Positions 28,987-32,000 of a DNA stretch of 32,000 nucleotides are shown one piece after another. The position numbers were made by a program, and so were the translations under genes. Numbering within the stretch: the first letter of the stretch is position 1; each line of letters opens with the position of its first letter. Origin of the DNA: Chlamydiota bacterium (GTDB taxonomy: Bacteria; Auribacterota; JACPWU01); assembly GCA_016196885.1 (NCBI GenBank), contig JACPWU010000038.1:1-32000 (forward strand). The letters run 5' to 3'. The notes under the pieces were generated by a model. The model searched no databases. It saw only the letters and a list, made by a program, of their open reading frames with translations, and was not told where the DNA came from.

Positions 28987-31635
28987 TTAGCAGTCGAAGT
29001 AAGTGCCTACATCATCAAAGTCTGCCTCGTTGGTATCCGTATTTCCTTTGATCGCACTTCTCTTTAAAAACACCCTCAATTTCTTTCCAGAGGAATTCAC
29101 TGAAGAGTTGATCGAGAGGGTTGCCCAGGTGGTTGAACTTCCCGATGTTCCAGAGGTTAGGTATTGAAGAATTTTGTTGTTGCTGTCCATGACATAGGCA
29201 TAGAGATAGGGCTTTCCACTTTTTGCCGAACCATTCGTGTAGCGTGCCAGTGCCTGAATACTCAAGCTTGAACTTCCACTGGGAATCGCAAGGTCTTGAT
29301 AGAGGTAGTTTCCACTGTTCTTCAATGCAAAGAAGGGATTGTCTCCTTCGTAGAGAACGGTCGCTCCATAGTTTTGCCAAGAAGAAGTTCCAGAGCTTGC
29401 ATCGCCATTTAAGAGCGAATTGACACAATCTTCAAGCGTGACGGCGATTGCCTTCTCTGTTTGACGGTAACCGTCGTCCGCCTTTAAGTTTAAATTGATG
29501 GTGACAGGTAAATCATCGTTGGTGTAGCCACTGTTTTCTTCTGTGGGTGAAAGAACCAAGGTCGTATAGGTGACACCTGGAGAGCGGGTCGTGTTTGTGA
29601 AAGAGGCCCAGGTCGGTGCATTTGTGATCGTGACAGAGATGGTATCTTCGTCTTCTAGGTCTTCCACAGTGATTTGTTGGGAGAGGCTTCCCCCTAACTT
29701 GACTTCAAGGGTGCTGGGTGTTGATTCGTCAAATTGAGGAGCATGCCCAAAAAGTTTTGCGAGACCTTCGCTCACATGGCTCTGGGCCATGAACGTGTCT
29801 TGGAGAAAGGTCGAACGGTAATTTTCCATCATGAGTGCCATGGGTCCGAGTTCAATTCCCAAATGATTCACGCTAAAGGCCATGTTGATGTCAAAAGAGG
29901 AATAGGGCCCGTAAGGTCCAAAAATATTTTCGTACAGGGTGTCATAGAAATTTCTCAAAACTTGAAAGCCGGGGTTATTGGTGAGAACCCCGCCATCCTC
30001 CTCTTTAAAAAAGGGTAAGGTGCTAAGCGCGGCATAGGTAGCGCAGGCATCATTGTAGGTAGAACCCTCTTGGGGAGGAGCGCCGAAAAGACCTTCATAA
30101 CTCCCGTCAGGTCTTTCGCAGGCGGCCAGGCCCCAACTACTTTCAGAGAAAAGTAAATCATATCCGCCACATTCTGTTTTTAAATCAATGCAATATTGGC
30201 GGTTGGCTTGGGTTGCAACTTTAGAATTTTCATGCCAGTCCACAGGATCGTAATCCAACCCCGCTAGATCGGGTCGATCAGAGCCAAGGCTCTTAAAATC
30301 AACCCAGGGACGGGCGAAGAAATAAGTGAAAAGAGAACCAAAATAAGAATTGTAAACGGAGTAACTTGTCCCAGAAGAAGAATTATACGTGAGATAAGAG
30401 GTGCGAGAAACGCGATAAAAATTCTCTAAATACTCTGCATTGTCGGGGTCCTGAGCCAGGGCCAAGATATTGATGAGAAAGAGCTCGTCCGTGGTACGAT
30501 CCCATTTATAACTGTCAAACGTGTTGGTACTGGGGTGATAGGACATGTAAAACCATTTTTGGCCCGTGCCGTCATCCCGAAACCAGAAAGACCATTTCAT
30601 ATTATTGAAAATCGAGTCGGCCTCATCTTTTAAATCGGACCAATATTCTCCTACCTGAATAACACCGGCGAGTAAGAGGGCATTGTCCACAGAAGAGACT
30701 TCACTTCCGGAGTAAGCCGTGCTGTCCGCATTCAGAAAGTGGAATAAAAATCCAGAGGTCCCGTATTTCGCTGGATTGCTGGTCTGTAAACCTTGGATTC
30801 GAATGATCTCACTGAGAATGGATTGAGCCCTGGTTTTGGCTTGATCGGGAGTGACTGTGTTCCAATAGCTACTCGTTCCATATCGCTCTGCGAGCACTGC
30901 CAAGGTGCTCAGACCAAAGCCTGTTGCAGCAATGGAGGTGAAAGAAGAATTATTCATCGAATCTTTCACCATGCCGTAAGAGCCCAGCGTTTGCTGATAA
31001 AAATAAAGGGCCGCGTCAGCTTCTGTTTTATCCAGCAAGTCTACATCTGAAAGGGAAGGTCCGCTGGTCAGTGCAGGCGCTTGGACGCCCGTCTCGGGAC
31101 AATCGGTCGAAAGGGCCACGTCCTTAAAGTAAAAACCCGCTTTTTCTTTTTGATCCGCAACGATCACCACTTCACTCAATTGAGTTCCTGAAAAAGTAAA
31201 GGGAATCGTCACGGTCGTATAACTGGAGGTGCTTCCAAAATCTTCAAGGTAAACCGCGGTCACTTGACCGTCGGGACTTTTAAATTCAAATTTGAGTTTT
31301 GAGGGGGCGTTGTAAGAAGAACTTTTCTTCACGGTGATTTTGACGGATTGAATGGAACTTGAAACGTTCATGTCACTCGTTAAAACAAATGAACTTCCGC
31401 CATAGCCGTCCGTGCAGGTGGAAGAGGTGGTGTCATAGGCGTAAAGATAGCTTCCGTCGGACTGGGTTTGAGGATACCCCGAAATCCAGCATCCCCAACT
31501 GTAGGGGCCATTGTACAGTTTACTTCCAGAACTGGTGTAAAGAACACTCGTGTCTTCAGCGTAGGCCTCCTGGGTAAGGGACATGGCTAAAATGAAGCTC
31601 AAGCACAAAAAAATCGCCTTTTGAATGATTTTCAT
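28987..31635 (-). CDS. Secreted multidomain glycoside-hydrolase-like protein: (alpha/alpha)6-barrel-like core (GH144/DUF3131-like, tentative) with N- and C-terminal beta-sandwich modules
   Basis: The start is set at ATG 31635 (MKIIQKAIFLCLSFILAMSLTQEAYA signal peptide, AAGGAGAGAGGAG upstream). Core motifs: ATGFGLSTLAVLAERYG, GFLFHFLN, SSVDNALLLAG. The C-terminal LNGDASSGTSSWQNYG segment resembles CBM4/9/22-type modules. Confidence 0.6.
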   Translation of the reverse strand: MKIIQKAIFLCLSFILAMSLTQEAYAEDTSVLYTSSGSKLYNGPYSWGCWISGYPQTQSDGSYLYAYDTTSSTCTDGYGGSSFVLTSDMNVSSSIQSVKITVKKSSSYNAPSKLKFEFKSPDGQVTAVYLEDFGSTSSYTTVTIPFTFSGTQLSEVVIVADQKEKAGFYFKDVALSTDCPETGVQAPALTSGPSLSDVDLLDKTEADAALYFYQQTLGSYGMVKDSMNNSSFTSIAATGFGLSTLAVLAERYGTSSYWNTVTPDQAKTRAQSILSEIIRIQGLQTSNPAKYGTSGFLFHFLNADSTAYSGSEVSSVDNALLLAGVIQVGEYWSDLKDEADSIFNNMKWSFWFRDDGTGQKWFYMSYHPSTNTFDSYKWDRTTDELFLINILALAQDPDNAEYLENFYRVSRTSYLTYNSSSGTSYSVYNSYFGSLFTYFFARPWVDFKSLGSDRPDLAGLDYDPVDWHENSKVATQANRQYCIDLKTECGGYDLLFSESSWGLAACERPDGSYEGLFGAPPQEGSTYNDACATYAALSTLPFFKEEDGGVLTNNPGFQVLRNFYDTLYENIFGPYGPYSSFDINMAFSVNHLGIELGPMALMMENYRSTFLQDTFMAQSHVSEGLAKLFGHAPQFDESTPSTLEVKLGGSLSQQITVEDLEDEDTISVTITNAPTWASFTNTTRSPGVTYTTLVLSPTEENSGYTNDDLPVTINLNLKADDGYRQTEKAIAVTLEDCVNSLLNGDASSGTSSWQNYGATVLYEGDNPFFALKNSGNYLYQDLAIPSGSSSLSIQALARYTNGSAKSGKPYLYAYVMDSNNKILQYLTSGTSGSSTTWATLSINSSVNSSGKKLRVFLKRSAIKGNTDTNEADFDDVGTYFDC

Positions 31636-31767
31636 GAGTGTTTCTGTCTTTTCTCCTCTCTCCTTTGTAACCATGATTAAAGACACTGGAGGATGAAAAA
31701 AGGTCAAAAGACAGGGTGAAAAATATCTTATTTTCTAACCTATTGGAGTTAAGGTAGTTAAAAAAAT

Positions 31768-32000
31768 TTATAGAATGTGGAGCATGGAAAGTTTCTGAAG
31801 AAACCCTTCGTGGGATTGATAAAGATGGGTTTGAAAGCCTAAAAATTGGGCGGGGATGATGTTTTTTTGCTGGTCGTCGATGAAAAGGCATTCCTGGGCT
31901 CTGGCCTTGACGCAAGCCAGGGCCGCAAAATAAATCCCGGGATCTGGTTTTTTGACCCCGATTTCATAAGAGGTGATGATGCGCTCTAAGCGATTTAGAA
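31768..32000 (-). CDS. HAD-superfamily hydrolase, C-terminal fragment (5' end outside the window)
   Basis: The reading frame from 31998 downward gives ...GVKKPDPGIYFAALACVKARAQECLFIDDQQKNIIPAQFLGFQTHLY...*, with stop TAA at 31768-31770. These are HAD motifs III/IV. This ORF is not in the supplied track because it has no start in the window. Confidence 0.7.
   Translation of the reverse strand, partial: LNRLERIITSYEIGVKKPDPGIYFAALACVKARAQECLFIDDQQKNIIPAQFLGFQTHLYQSHEGFLQKLSMLHIL

Noticed and set aside
28987-31707. A diversity-generating retroelement target (variable C-terminal lectin-like domain) or internal DNA repeats in the large gene
   Set aside because: There is no reverse transcriptase, no template/variable repeat pair, and no adenine-specific mismatch pattern visible in the window.
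31677-31708. A sigma70 promoter (TTGACC ... TTTAAT) for the large secreted-protein gene
   Set aside because: The spacer between the two hexamers is 20 nt, outside the functional 16-19 nt range, so it is not reported as a feature.

Overview
This is a 32-kb stretch of bacterial chromosome. lpxA and a tonB-exbB-exbD operon point to a diderm cell envelope, but the taxon cannot be assigned from sequence alone. All protein calls come from motif recognition by eye on the supplied translations; no database search was run. Coding content is mostly housekeeping: thiL-tsaE-tsaB-alr-ridA; a tightly overlapping operon (Zn-ribbon protein, small beta-rich protein, TIM-barrel hydrolase-like protein, alpha/beta hydrolase, glpK) followed by a GDPD phosphodiesterase; a CPBP protease with Zn-ribbon proteins; fixC-fixX; tonB-exbB-exbD; a degenerate-GGDEF/EAL protein; rmuC; lemA; ilvD; nfeD-SPFH; a LOG-HAD pair; lpxA; two type II toxin-antitoxin modules; and an 882-aa secreted glycoside-hydrolase-like protein. 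I saw no rRNA, tRNA or CRISPR array. The unusual signals are mostly non-coding. (1) Two diverged copies of a ~190-bp element with terminal inverted repeats, each flanked by an 8-bp direct duplication, differ by complementary substitutions that preserve internal helices. This looks like a mobile element with a selected fold, and no transposase lies in the window. (2) A family of hairpins sits directly after stop codons, with arms that are inverted arrays of 7-8 nt tandem repeats; one unpaired heptamer array lies inside the 5' end of a HAD gene. (3) Long branched imperfect palindromes occupy the glpK-GDPD spacer and the GDPD 3' end. (4) Shared G/C-word blocks lie upstream of thiL and lpxA. (5) A small uncharacterised protein occurs as two paralogs, one in an ATGA-coupled three-gene module with a MazF/PemK-like toxin and one behind a Zn-ribbon protein at the head of the glycerol operon.
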